Origin: Oligoflexales bacterium
GTDB taxonomy: Bacteria > Bdellovibrionota_B > Oligoflexia > Oligoflexales > CAIYRB01
Length of the DNA: 36,125 nucleotides
NCBI GenBank assembly: GCA_041736175.1
Contig: JBGSUI010000023.1
Span: 1 to 36,125, forward strand
Direction of reading: 5' to 3'
The position numbers and the translations under genes are program-made. Shown here piece by piece: positions 7,610 through 17,271 of the stretch. Numbering within the stretch: position 1 is the stretch's first letter; each line of letters starts with the position of its first letter. The notes beneath the pieces were generated by a model. It did not search any database. It was given only the letters and a program-made list of their open reading frames with translations, and was not told the DNA's origin.

Positions 7610-8902
7610 TCATATCTCCCCGAAGACGCCCAGCTCATAGGTTTGGGTGACCACCGCACTAGAGACAAAGGGATTGCGTGGTTGGTCGATCACTTTTTGC
7701 TTTTGCCATTGGACCCAACCATAGGGTTTTACTTTATAGCGGTTCCAGCTAGCACCCAGGTATCCATCGAGACTCTGGTCATCAAAGGTGGTCGTGTCGG
7801 TGTTGCCTAGCTGATCAAGCTTAGGCTGAACGGTCGTGAATTGGGACCCTTTTACAAAAGGCTGCCAGTCACCCAACAAAAGTTGACCTTGAACCGTTCC
7901 AAACCGGGTTTGAACAAATTGTGTTTCTTCTTGCTCGTCCTGGGCCTCTGCTAAGTCACTTTTAATCGCCCGTTTGTCCTGGGCGACATCAACACTGACA
8001 ACAACAATTGGGTGATCGACCTTAAAGCCGCCTCCAAGATAAGTGGACTTCATGGCATCATAACGACTCGCCTGGACCAAAGGCGAAAACCCCCAGTCGG
8101 CTAAGGTCAGTCGATAGATCCACTGGATAGCCCCTGCCATCTTTTTAGACTTTGAATCCGTATACCCGTAGCTAAACTCCTTGCGGTCGTTGTCATAAGT
8201 CGTGCTGCGGACATCTTTGAGCAGCTGCATATCGACTTTGCCAAAGACCCCGCCACTGGCCAACACGAGACCGTCTACCGTACGCCGATCGGTTTGGTCA
8301 CGAAAAGGCAAGCGATACTCTTGATAGGAAGAGAGAGGTACCGGTGAGAGAGTAAGAGTTTGGTTTTCAAAACCTCCCAGACGCAACACATCTCGTCCGA
8401 GGGAGACACTCCACCCAAGCCCCGTCGCGGAGGAGGCAGCTCTGGGATCCGACTCCTGGAGCACCGTTTGCTTCGACCGATACTTTAAAACACCCACATC
8501 TAAAAGGTTAGTCGCTTTATCTGGAAACAGCGTGAATCGGCTGCTCAGGATCCAGGCTTTTTGGGGCTGAAAGGCGATGTTCCAAAAGGCCTGGCTGGCT
8601 TTTTGGGGAGGCTTCACCCCCGGGACTTCGTCTCGATCGGCGCTCGACTCTAAGTCAGGTTCTGGAGTTTTTGTCTTAGATTTTTGTACGCCGAGTTTAA
8701 ATTCCAAGGACATCTTAAAAGTGGCGGTTGATTTTTTGACGGTGGGTTTCGTTTTTTTGGCGACCGGAGCCACCTCCTCACCAAAAGCCGGTGCCGCCAT
8801 AGTCAGCAAAAACCCAGCTATAAGTCCGAAGATCCCCAATCTAGGTAAATTTAATTTGTCTTTAATTAAGGAGTCTGTGAGCCTGGCCATTCTGTCACCC
8901 AT
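7610..8902 (-). CDS. Putative outer-membrane porin / beta-barrel
   Basis: Signal peptide (LLTMAAPAFG|EE), many alternating hydrophobic strands, terminal strand TYELGVFGEI. The true start may be slightly downstream (MARLTD). Confidence 0.65.
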   Translation of the reverse strand: MGDRMARLTDSLIKDKLNLPRLGIFGLIAGFLLTMAAPAFGEEVAPVAKKTKPTVKKSTATFKMSLEFKLGVQKSKTKTPEPDLESSADRDEVPGVKPPQKASQAFWNIAFQPQKAWILSSRFTLFPDKATNLLDVGVLKYRSKQTVLQESDPRAASSATGLGWSVSLGRDVLRLGGFENQTLTLSPVPLSSYQEYRLPFRDQTDRRTVDGLVLASGGVFGKVDMQLLKDVRSTTYDNDRKEFSYGYTDSKSKKMAGAIQWIYRLTLADWGFSPLVQASRYDAMKSTYLGGGFKVDHPIVVVSVDVAQDKRAIKSDLAEAQDEQEETQFVQTRFGTVQGQLLLGDWQPFVKGSQFTTVQPKLDQLGNTDTTTFDDQSLDGYLGASWNRYKVKPYGWVQWQKQKVIDQPRNPFVSSAVVTQTYELGVFGEI

Positions 8903-9867
8903 TTTAGCAAGAGGTCATTACCAACCGGATCGTGGCGCAAACTCAATGGCGGCATGCGATCGACCGAACTCGAAAATTTTTGGATCAAGATGGACTCTAG
9001 AGGTTTTCCCGGCTTCACTTTTCCCTCAGCAATTAGATTTGTATCCGCTAGCGATGTCTCTAGCCGAAAATCCAACTTTTTCTCCTTTGCAGCTCCAGCG
9101 GGCTGGTGACAGGAGCTGCAGTTGACTGCCAAGTAAGCCCGAGCCCTCCGCTCCAGACTTAAGCTCCCATCACTGGGTAAGTCCAAGGGAGTTGCGCTCT
9201 TAAAACTCTCGTACACTTCTGCGGAAAATAAACTCTGAGCCCTGAAATCTTTAAGCTGATCTTTCTGGAGATCATCCTGTGAAATCCTTGACTGGAGCTG
9301 GTTCCCCTGGAACGCCATCACAGGTTCTGGGGAGACTTCGGCATTATGACAAAGCTGGCACTCTTTCTCTGAGGGGATCCGGTAGACGACCCCCTCTTTT
9401 TCGATGGAACGTGGATTGCGGGACAAGGTGGCCTGGCCATCCTCCCAAACATAGGTCCCGAAGTACCATTTTTGGTCAGCTTTCTTGGCGATGATTCTGG
9501 TCTCGACAGGCTCCCCAGAGGGGGTCTGAAAATGTTTGATAAACAGAGATCCTATTGGATAAGATGGCTTTTGGTCTACCATCGTAATCCTCTCGTCGGG
9601 CGGGAGAAAAACCCATCTGGATTTATGGACACCATCCGTCCAGAGGGGAGTGTTGACATCATAGGGAGTCAAACCAAACACAGGTCGCTTGGGATTTGTA
9701 TCCTCAAAAACCCGCGTTTCTTCGAGGGTCAGTGGAAACTCACTGCCTGGAGTCTCAAAAGCCAGGAGAATCTGGTCTGCGGGGAGATTCTGGTCCCGTG
9801 ATACCCGACAACCAGATTGGATGACAACTACTAAGGACCATCCAACAATCCTACGAAAGTTTAGCAT
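8866..9867 (-). CDS. Diheme c-type cytochrome lipoprotein, SO2930/HNE_0200-like
   Basis: Two CXXCH motifs (CQLCH, CSSCH). Family motifs PYDVNTPLWTDG.HK.RW, YPIGS.FIKHF, VETRI, YRIPS..EC, LE.RARAYL..NC, RMPPL. Lipobox IQSGC after ATG at 9867. Confidence 0.85.
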   Translation of the reverse strand: MLNFRRIVGWSLVVVIQSGCRVSRDQNLPADQILLAFETPGSEFPLTLEETRVFEDTNPKRPVFGLTPYDVNTPLWTDGVHKSRWVFLPPDERITMVDQKPSYPIGSLFIKHFQTPSGEPVETRIIAKKADQKWYFGTYVWEDGQATLSRNPRSIEKEGVVYRIPSEKECQLCHNAEVSPEPVMAFQGNQLQSRISQDDLQKDQLKDFRAQSLFSAEVYESFKSATPLDLPSDGSLSLERRARAYLAVNCSSCHQPAGAAKEKKLDFRLETSLADTNLIAEGKVKPGKPLESILIQKFSSSVDRMPPLSLRHDPVGNDLLLKWVTEWPGSQTP

Positions 9868-9948
9868 AGGGAATTCAGCGCCTCCTAAAACGGTTCCAAG
9901 CAGTCGTTCCACTTAGGGTAATATTATTAAACTCTCATTTAACTAAAA

Positions 9949-10926
9949 TCAGTTAGCAGGTCTGCCGCCGCCCGTGCCAGGACAACGAAAAGTTCCCGTC
10001 CCAGTCCCCGTCCCGCCAGGACGACCGCCACCGGGGATTTGTGGGAGACCGCCGTCAGCTTTAAATTTTTCGAATCGCTCTTCGAAGACTAGTTTGGTAA
10101 AGGTTTCCACATCTTTGCTGGCCTTGGCCCGGAGGTAAGCAACAATCCCTACTTTTTGGGCCTCATTGGCAAACTCCCAGGTGTGTTTAATCCTGGCCGT
10201 TCGTGTGTCTGTTTTTCCCGTCGTCACCCATTGTATAAACTGGGCGTCATTTAAACTCATAGCGCGACCAAGCTCGTGGGGGGGTGCGTTTTCTTCTGTT
10301 TCGGCTTCGTGGCAGGACTTGCACGCCTTAAGGTTGCCGGCACCATCGGTGGTGTAACGCTGTTTACCGGCATCGTACTGGGCCGCGGTATAGGCTGTGA
10401 CGACAAGATTAAAGGATGAAGCAGTGCCAAATCGGTCCTGGCCTCCTTGGCGTCCACCGCTCATGGTGGTTTTGCCAGCCTTAAGAGGTACGATCCTAAA
10501 GGCGGGCTGTTCGCAACCTAAGAGTTGGCGTAAGGCGTTTTCGGCAGTTGCATCAAGAGTAGGATTTGATTTTTTTGCATCGGCGATCAAGGTATCAATG
10601 GTCGCTGCAGAGAGTTTTACGGTTTCTTTTTTAATAGTCGCTATGGAAGTGTCTTTAATTGTATAGTTGCGCCCTTGGTCTAAAAGAAGGCTGTAGTCGT
10701 TTTTTCCACCGTCGTACCCAAGGAAAAAACCCGTGTCTGGAACATCGGCCCCGGTGCCGTCACCGGTCGTGGTCGAGCCTCCAGTGCCTGTCGCTGTTTG
10801 GCCTGGAGTGGCTGCTGGTTTAGGAGCATCATTACTCTTTTTAGAATCCTCCGAACAAGCGGTGAATCCGACTCCAATAAGGACTAGGGCTAAAGCTGAA
10901 TGGGGCAAGAATTTGGACAAATCCAT
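9949..10926 (-). CDS. Monoheme c-type cytochrome lipoprotein with Thr/Gly linkers
   Basis: AGGAG RBS upstream of ATG 10926; lipobox GFTAC; T/G-rich linker; CKSCH; cytochrome-c-like C-terminal helix IVAYLRA; Gly-Thr tail. Confidence 0.8.
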   Translation of the reverse strand: MDLSKFLPHSALALVLIGVGFTACSEDSKKSNDAPKPAATPGQTATGTGGSTTTGDGTGADVPDTGFFLGYDGGKNDYSLLLDQGRNYTIKDTSIATIKKETVKLSAATIDTLIADAKKSNPTLDATAENALRQLLGCEQPAFRIVPLKAGKTTMSGGRQGGQDRFGTASSFNLVVTAYTAAQYDAGKQRYTTDGAGNLKACKSCHEAETEENAPPHELGRAMSLNDAQFIQWVTTGKTDTRTARIKHTWEFANEAQKVGIVAYLRAKASKDVETFTKLVFEERFEKFKADGGLPQIPGGGRPGGTGTGTGTFRCPGTGGGRPAN

Positions 10927-11015
10927 GGCGGACACTCCTAAGTAGTAAGGTGATAAAGGATTGATACTTTGAAAGAAGAGATAAACAACATGTAATTATT
11001 TACAAACATGTTCAC

Positions 11016-11043
11016 TTATCGGCTAAATTAGCCACAAACTTTA
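11016..11043 (-). promoter_or_regulatory. Sigma28 (FliA)-type promoter
   Basis: Minus strand TAAAGTTT-N12-GCCGATAA: both boxes match the sigma28 consensus exactly and the spacer is 1 nt longer than the E. coli 11. Lies 90 bp upstream of ATG 10926. Confidence 0.75.
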
Positions 11044-11267
11044 GGTTTTTTACAGTCCCCCACAAATTTATAATTAACCTAATAATTACAAATATCTGTC
11101 GAGACCCATACGCCCTGCCCTGACCGTTTAATTGCGTACTCAACTTTTTGAATCCACCAAGAGTTCCCTTATATTTTCAATTAGGAAAAAATTATTGAGT
11201 TTAGACTAGTCCCGTGATACCTAGCCTAGATCTTAGAGTGTGTCCCTAAATCACGCGAAAGTGTCCT

Positions 11268-12101
11268 GTGAACGAGCAAACTAAAGCGCAACCTGACCCG
11301 TCGACTCCTGAATCCTCCCCCAAAAGGCCCGGCACTCCCTACAGATTAGACATTGCCTATATGGGGACTCCCTACCATGGCTGGCAAAGCCAGACCAGTG
11401 GACGAACTCTCCAAGATCATCTGGAAAAAGCCCTTGAGGTCCTGCTGCGCCATCCCGTCCAGACGATCGCCGCGTCACGGACCGACAGCGGGGTCCATGC
11501 GGAACAACAGGTCGTCCTCTTTAGAACCGATCAACCCTTTGCCGAGGAGCGTTGGGTGCGTAGCCTTAACGGTCTGTTACCGGAAAGTATGGGGATTCTT
11601 AATATCTCGCCCGTACCTGAGGGGTTTCACCCCATCTATTCGGCCAAGGGCAAAGTTTACCGTTACCGGATCTGGAAAGGGTCCAGCCGCCACCCCCAAT
11701 GGGCACCCATTACCTGGAATGTCCACCGCCCATTGGATGTCGCGGCGATGGGTCAAGCTGCTGAGAGTTTTATAGGTTCCCATGATTTCACCTCGTTCTG
11801 TGCTGTGGATTCCAGCGCAAAAACCCGCACCCGCCATGTCTACGGCATCCATATCGTCGAGTCAGGCCCCCTCGTCGAAATTTGGGTCTTTGGTAAGGGT
11901 TTTCTCAAGCAAATGGTGCGGATTATGGTCGGGACCCTGGTGGAAATCGGTGTGGGCCGGAGACCAGCGTACAGCATCCCTGACATCCTCAGGGGCCAAA
12001 ACCGCGCCCTAGCGGGCAAGACCGCACCGGCCCAAGGGTTGTCCCTGGTGCGGGTTTTTTACGGAGAGCTTCCTTCGCCTGGAGACTTTCATCAGTCTTA
12101 A
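11268..12101 (+). CDS. truA: tRNA pseudouridine(38-40) synthase
   Basis: IAYMGTPYHGWQ.Q, ASRTDSGVHA..QV (catalytic Asp), GSHDFTSF, GFLKQMVRIMVGTL, TAPAQGL.L. Confidence 0.97.
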   Translation: MNEQTKAQPDPSTPESSPKRPGTPYRLDIAYMGTPYHGWQSQTSGRTLQDHLEKALEVLLRHPVQTIAASRTDSGVHAEQQVVLFRTDQPFAEERWVRSLNGLLPESMGILNISPVPEGFHPIYSAKGKVYRYRIWKGSSRHPQWAPITWNVHRPLDVAAMGQAAESFIGSHDFTSFCAVDSSAKTRTRHVYGIHIVESGPLVEIWVFGKGFLKQMVRIMVGTLVEIGVGRRPAYSIPDILRGQNRALAGKTAPAQGLSLVRVFYGELPSPGDFHQS

Positions 12102-12137
12102 AGAAAATTTTGGGAGACTTTGCCCCTAGGCAGCGGG

Positions 12138-13106
12138 TCACGGTGCGGGGGGGGGTGTAGGCGCTGGAGCGTTAGGAGGTGGGGGAGGTGCCATTCTAAC
12201 GCCATTTGGAGCGTTTACAGCAGTATTTTTGGGTTCGTTATCAGAGAGGCTTCGATAGATCACAAGATTGAATTTAGCAGTCTCTTTAAACCCTTCGTAG
12301 ATATCGCGTTTGGCAAGGGTGACCATCGGCTGGGGTCTCGTTCCTCCCTGGCCTCCTGCTTGGCCGCCAATTTGGCCATTCCCGGGAGGGACCACTGGTG
12401 CCGGGGGCAAGGGGGGTGTGGGTTGGGTTAACTGTTGGGCCAAGGCTTCAGGTGTCAGGGGGATGTCTGTTGGCTGGCCCGTTGGGACAGGATTAGCTAG
12501 ATTAGCGGGATTGGTAAGTGCTCCCGGGGCGCCATTGGCCTGGTTTCCTTGGCCTGCCTGGGCTAATTGCTGGAGCGCAGCATTACCTGCGGCGGGGGTG
12601 ATGGTGATATTTCGTATAAAAATAGTCGACTCTAAATGCGCGACTTTATCAAAAAAAGTCGCAATGCTTTGGTAGTCGCCGGTGATTTGGGTTTCGATCG
12701 GTAGCTCCACATAGCGGTATCCATCGCTATCATGACCAATTTCAGCTAAAGGCTTAAAGCGCTCTAAAACCACATTAGCCTTAATGGCCAGAGTAGCGGC
12801 TTTTTCGAGGATTGATTCGATAATATAGCTGTCGGGGAGGAGTTTTTTGGCTTTGTTAAGTTGATCCTCAGTAAATGCGAGCTTTTCTTCGAGCTTAGGT
12901 AAATCAGACTTTCTTTGGCGAGCCTTCTCAAACTCGGCCCTAACCGTAGCTTCTTGGCCCAGGATCTCAGCAAGCTTTTCTTCGTAACTCTGGCCTTCGT
13001 CAAAATAAAAGTAGAGTCCCGGAATAAGGCCTAGCACGAACATCAAAAGAAATCGGGCCCACAGAGGCAAGTTTTTGTATTTTTGCTTGAGTTCATCAAG
13101 TTGCAT
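12138..13106 (-). CDS. pilO: Type IVa pilus assembly protein PilO with long Q/P/G/A-rich insertion
   Basis: N-terminal TM, coiled coil, LLPD...IESILE, YVELPI...ITGDYQSIATFFDKVAHL...IFIRNITI, final strand AKFNLVIYR. Confidence 0.85.
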   Translation of the reverse strand: MQLDELKQKYKNLPLWARFLLMFVLGLIPGLYFYFDEGQSYEEKLAEILGQEATVRAEFEKARQRKSDLPKLEEKLAFTEDQLNKAKKLLPDSYIIESILEKAATLAIKANVVLERFKPLAEIGHDSDGYRYVELPIETQITGDYQSIATFFDKVAHLESTIFIRNITITPAAGNAALQQLAQAGQGNQANGAPGALTNPANLANPVPTGQPTDIPLTPEALAQQLTQPTPPLPPAPVVPPGNGQIGGQAGGQGGTRPQPMVTLAKRDIYEGFKETAKFNLVIYRSLSDNEPKNTAVNAPNGVRMAPPPPPNAPAPTPPPAP

Positions 13107-13467
13107 CGTGCCGGAGATGCCCTCTTTTTTGGGGTGCCCTATAGAATTTAGTATTCATGATTGTTTTAGGAAGAAAGCTAAAGCCAAAGAGTCTGGCATT
13201 GGGAGTCAGGCTCTCCTATTGTATCACATCTGGAAGGAACCACCTAAGATGGTAGCTGTGAGCAATGTGCATTGAGGCCCTGACTTCTTAAAGTTAGACT
13301 GTGGGTTTTCTTTATTGCGATTAATGATCAATCGTGTCTAAACACGTCTCTTGATACGAACCTATGTAGCATTTTAAGAGTCCCTGGAGGCCTGTGCCAC
13401 AGGCAGTTTAAAATGCTAACTATATGAATCCTATTAGAAATTTCATCCTATGATCTTTTCCTTCCAC

Positions 13468-13483
13468 TGGCATGGGGTTTGCA
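13468..13483 (+). promoter_or_regulatory. Sigma54 (-24/-12) promoter
   Basis: TGGCATGGGGTTTGCA has exact GG-N10-GC spacing and lies about 90 bp upstream of ATG 13573. Confidence 0.75.
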
Positions 13484-13572
13484 GAGAGGTGTTTTTGTAT
13501 AGGGTTAGTCCATTTTAAACCTCTTAAAAAAGGCCCATAGGGTTTTTTCTCGAAACAAAAGAGAGCAGAACT

Positions 13573-15141
13573 ATGATCATAAAAAAACGATCAATGACTC
13601 TTGGATCCAAGGGGATTCTCACTAAAATTTTAATTTTTAATACGATGTTAGCCTGCCATGGACCCCTAGACCGGAAGGGTTTGACGAGCGGAGTTCAGGG
13701 TACCGCTCCCGGCAGTCCCAGCACGACGATGCTTACTCCACCGGGAGGTGACTATACTGTTGGCGAAGCCAATTCAATCAGAGCTTTTTCCCAATGGAGC
13801 CCCCGCGAGCGGGCTCTGATGATCATTGCGGCTGATAATGGGATTTACAACACTCAAAATCCCATGAATCCTCGGAGGCTTCCCTACCTTAAGCTTAAAT
13901 CGGAATCAGTATCCATAAACGAATATATTCAAAAATATCCCAATTATGACCCAATTCAGCACCAATACAAAAAACTAAGCCAAAAATTTTCCAGTGACGG
14001 GTGTCAGGGCGACACTCTAATCCCTTACCATCCTGATACAAAGTCACAACATCGACGAATTGATCTCCTTAAAAAACAAGACAAGGTCCTACAAGGCGAT
14101 AAAAAATACTATTCTGATCTCGTGGGCTTTTCATCCATGTCCCGATCGCTTTTTGTGCTCAACGAAAAAAGTACCGAAGATCTTCCACTGCTTTTTTCCC
14201 TCAAAGTAGGGTCTGACACGGTGATGGGAAGCAATCAGCCCGATAAACTTTATGGGGTTTATTGGAATGCGAAGTATGTAAATTCTCTTTCTCAGCCCAC
14301 TTCGATCCATGAGTTGGCAGAGGCGAATGGCATCGCTTTTCTGTCGGACTCAGTAGGGTTGGTTTATGATAGGGATTATGGGGTCGTTCTTAGGGATTAT
14401 AACCTCCTCATAAATGAGAAAGATTATTTTTTCATGCCTCTTATGGCTTTTCAGGAGAAAGCAATCGAAAAAAAATCCCCCTCCGGTGAGGTCGACTCCT
14501 ACATGTGGAATCTCTATAAACCGGCTTCAGCACAAATTTTTGCTAAAAACGAAAAAATCTTGAGGCTTATCGTTTCAAAACCACAGATCAAAAAAATAGT
14601 CGATGAATTGTCCCAGGAAATGGGAAAACTAATCGCTATCTATTACCTCAATGGGATTTCTTCTCTCGACCTCCACGGGCAAAATCTAATGGTCGGGATT
14701 CCCTTAAACCCTGAACGCCAGGCGATGATCGCTGTCCGAGATACCTCCGATCATTGGGTTTTTCCTTACGCCAGGACGGATTTTATCCAGATGAAATACG
14801 GAGCGATTCCAGAGCCCAAATGGTGTCAGCCTCTTTTTCGATCACCAGGAGCAGCAGCGGAAGCATGCTCTAAGAAAGTGCAGCAGCTCACTCTTAAAGG
14901 CTTTGAGGCGATGGCTAAAAATTTGGAGTTTAAATTTCAAGATACCGATTTTCAAAAATTTAAAAGTACCAATGACATTTATGCCCTTCTCGAAAAAAAC
15001 AACGCCTACCAAGATCAGATCATAAGAGTTCGTACCCAGTTTAAGGCTTTAAATTCATTGGTGGCAAAACCACGAGTTCAGACCTTGAGATGTTTACGTT
15101 CTACGGGATGTCCCTATATGAGGGCTAGGGCGATCCCTTAA
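13573..15141 (+). CDS. IucA/IucC (NIS synthetase)-like protein with N-terminal lipoprotein-type signal
   Basis: Ordered motifs IPYHP, SSMSRSL, FSLKV, YGVVLRD, MPLMAF, GI...DLHGQNL, IAVRD parallel the NIS synthetase motifs. Lipobox-like MLAC (Cys28) is followed by a T/P/G/S linker. Confidence 0.6.
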   Translation: MIIKKRSMTLGSKGILTKILIFNTMLACHGPLDRKGLTSGVQGTAPGSPSTTMLTPPGGDYTVGEANSIRAFSQWSPRERALMIIAADNGIYNTQNPMNPRRLPYLKLKSESVSINEYIQKYPNYDPIQHQYKKLSQKFSSDGCQGDTLIPYHPDTKSQHRRIDLLKKQDKVLQGDKKYYSDLVGFSSMSRSLFVLNEKSTEDLPLLFSLKVGSDTVMGSNQPDKLYGVYWNAKYVNSLSQPTSIHELAEANGIAFLSDSVGLVYDRDYGVVLRDYNLLINEKDYFFMPLMAFQEKAIEKKSPSGEVDSYMWNLYKPASAQIFAKNEKILRLIVSKPQIKKIVDELSQEMGKLIAIYYLNGISSLDLHGQNLMVGIPLNPERQAMIAVRDTSDHWVFPYARTDFIQMKYGAIPEPKWCQPLFRSPGAAAEACSKKVQQLTLKGFEAMAKNLEFKFQDTDFQKFKSTNDIYALLEKNNAYQDQIIRVRTQFKALNSLVAKPRVQTLRCLRSTGCPYMRARAIP

Positions 15142-15414
15142 AACAGGTCCTTGCCAACTTCCCCATTGTCAATTTTATAGCCGAAGCTGGGTTGAATCCC
15201 AAAACAGAGTCCCAATTTGTCCAGGATCCAATCGTTCGAATGGCTATCCAAAATCGCTTGCAATGTCAGTAGGATCAGCCTAATCAACAGAAAATGGGAC
15301 CACTTAAAATTGCAGCGGAAAGGTTGGCCCACGATTTGTCCGTAGCGCTCGGGTTGGGATTCCAGCTAGGATCTAATGGTCTACAGGTGACAGATATCGG
15401 ACGACACCAAGGGA

Positions 15415-17271
15415 GTGACCAAGATGAGATCCTACAAGAGATCTGCGACAAGATCTACCACGAGACTTGATGTGAGCCCCTTGCTCTTGCTTGGATACCT
15501 TCTTTTGATTGCGATCACCCCCGTCTTAGACGGTTGTAAAAGCCTTATGGATTCTAAAGAAGGCGACGAGGGAGAGGGATGGTTGGGGTCTTCTGACGGC
15601 TCCACATCAAAACCCGATGACCTCACAAAAGTCCCCCAAACCCTCTGGTCTCCAGCCCTACGAAAATCGTCGGCGGGATATTATTTTATGGCCGCAGAAA
15701 CCATGAGCTTGCGGGAGCAAGACCCACGTAAGGCTTTGGAACTCTACCAAGCCGCCTATAATCTCGACCCCAATCCTTTTCTGGGTGGCAAAATGCTCTT
15801 GGCCAAAGCCCTTGCTGGCCAACAGGCAGAGGCGCTGTTTGAAGCCCAAAAGATGACGCTCCTCTACCCCACCTCTGCTCACCTAAGACTTTTTTATGGA
15901 GAACTCCTGGCCCAGTCGGGAGACCTCACCAAGGCAGCTGAGCAGTTAGAAAAATGCATCGATCTCAATCCCGAGCTGGAAAATGCCTACTTGCTGCTGA
16001 CCCAAGTCTACCAAAACCAAAAAGATTCGGCTAAAGCGATCGTTGTGGCGAACGACCTGGTCAAAATGGTCCCGGGGTCAGTCGCCGGGTGGTCCCAACT
16101 CAGCCGGTTGTATCTCATGGGCCAACGATATAAAGAGGCGCTGATTCCAGCCAAGCGAGCCTGGGAAATGCAAAGCACCAATCCCCAGCTCACCCAGATC
16201 TACGCCATCACCCTGCAACTCAACAATCAGACCGCCCAGGCGATTCGGATGTACGAGCAGCTCTACCAAATGGATCCTAGCGACGAAGAATTGACGGCGC
16301 GCATGGTGGAGCTTTACCGAGAGCTAGGCAACCTGGAGAGCGCCCTGAGTCTTCTCCAGGAGATGGAGGCTAAAGACACGACCCAAAGGCGCCCGGTCTT
16401 GCAGATGCAGCGGGCGATTCTCCTGTGGGAACTCAAACGCAACCAGGAAGCGCAGGCCCTCCTCGAAAGTGTGATGCAGCGTTACCCCGATTCCGATCGG
16501 GTGCGATACCTCGCCGGATTTGCCGCCCAACGGACGGGGCAGCTCGGACGTGCCATCGAAATCTATAGGACCGTGCCTAGCAACTCTTCCCTCAAGATCG
16601 AAGCGGAAATGCGGATTCTATTGATCCTGCAGGAGCTTAAAAAATGGGACCTTGTCTTGGAACAAGTCGGCAAAATCCGCGAGATGCCGCAGCTCTCCTG
16701 GGAGGGGTATGGAATCCTTGCAGGCATCTATGGGGATATGGGTCGCTACCGCGATGGTATGGAGGTGGCCCAAACCGGATTTGAAAAAAATCCTACCAAA
16801 TACCGACTCCTCTTTTTAAAGGGTGTTTACCAAGAAAAACTCGGTGACATCAACGAGTGCATCAATACCATGAAGGAGGTGATTGCAAAGGATCCGGCCA
16901 ATAGCTCTGCCCTTAATTTCCTAGGCTATCTTTACGCAGACCGAGGAGAAAACCTCGACCAAGCAGAGCAGCTTATCCTCAAGGCCCTAAAGCTCAAACC
17001 AAACGATGGTTTTTATCTAGACTCTCTCGGCTGGGTGTTTTTTCGTAAAGGTGACTTGCAAAAAGCAGCTCAGCTGACCGAACAAGCAGCTAAACTAGAA
17101 CCAGCGGAGGGTGCCATCATTGAGCATCTTGGAGATATCAAACTCAAAATGGGCGATACCCCAGCAGCGGTGATGTATTTCAAAAATGCCCTTAAGGTCA
17201 GACTCGATCCAAAGGAAAAAAAACGTATCCTAGAAAAACTTAAGAAACTAGGGGTTACCCATGGCTCATAG
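15415..17271 (+). CDS. TPR-repeat lipoprotein (type usually upstream of lolB)
   Basis: Lipobox VLDGC; many TPRs; C-terminal ALNFLGYLYADRGENLDQAE.LI.KAL.L.P.DGFYLDSLGWV.F...EHLGD. Start uncertain. Confidence 0.88.
   Translation: MTKMRSYKRSATRSTTRLDVSPLLLLGYLLLIAITPVLDGCKSLMDSKEGDEGEGWLGSSDGSTSKPDDLTKVPQTLWSPALRKSSAGYYFMAAETMSLREQDPRKALELYQAAYNLDPNPFLGGKMLLAKALAGQQAEALFEAQKMTLLYPTSAHLRLFYGELLAQSGDLTKAAEQLEKCIDLNPELENAYLLLTQVYQNQKDSAKAIVVANDLVKMVPGSVAGWSQLSRLYLMGQRYKEALIPAKRAWEMQSTNPQLTQIYAITLQLNNQTAQAIRMYEQLYQMDPSDEELTARMVELYRELGNLESALSLLQEMEAKDTTQRRPVLQMQRAILLWELKRNQEAQALLESVMQRYPDSDRVRYLAGFAAQRTGQLGRAIEIYRTVPSNSSLKIEAEMRILLILQELKKWDLVLEQVGKIREMPQLSWEGYGILAGIYGDMGRYRDGMEVAQTGFEKNPTKYRLLFLKGVYQEKLGDINECINTMKEVIAKDPANSSALNFLGYLYADRGENLDQAEQLILKALKLKPNDGFYLDSLGWVFFRKGDLQKAAQLTEQAAKLEPAEGAIIEHLGDIKLKMGDTPAAVMYFKNALKVRLDPKEKKRILEKLKKLGVTHGS

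Noticed and set aside
8577..9125. 182-aa + strand ORF
   Set aside because: Antisense shadow of the porin and cytochrome genes, with no recognisable motifs.
13291..13300. AAGTTAGACT resembling the AGTTAGGACT box
   Set aside because: Single imperfect copy, expected by chance.
13573..15141. Siderophore biosynthesis cluster
   Set aside because: No monooxygenase, acyltransferase, decarboxylase, exporter or TonB receptor nearby.
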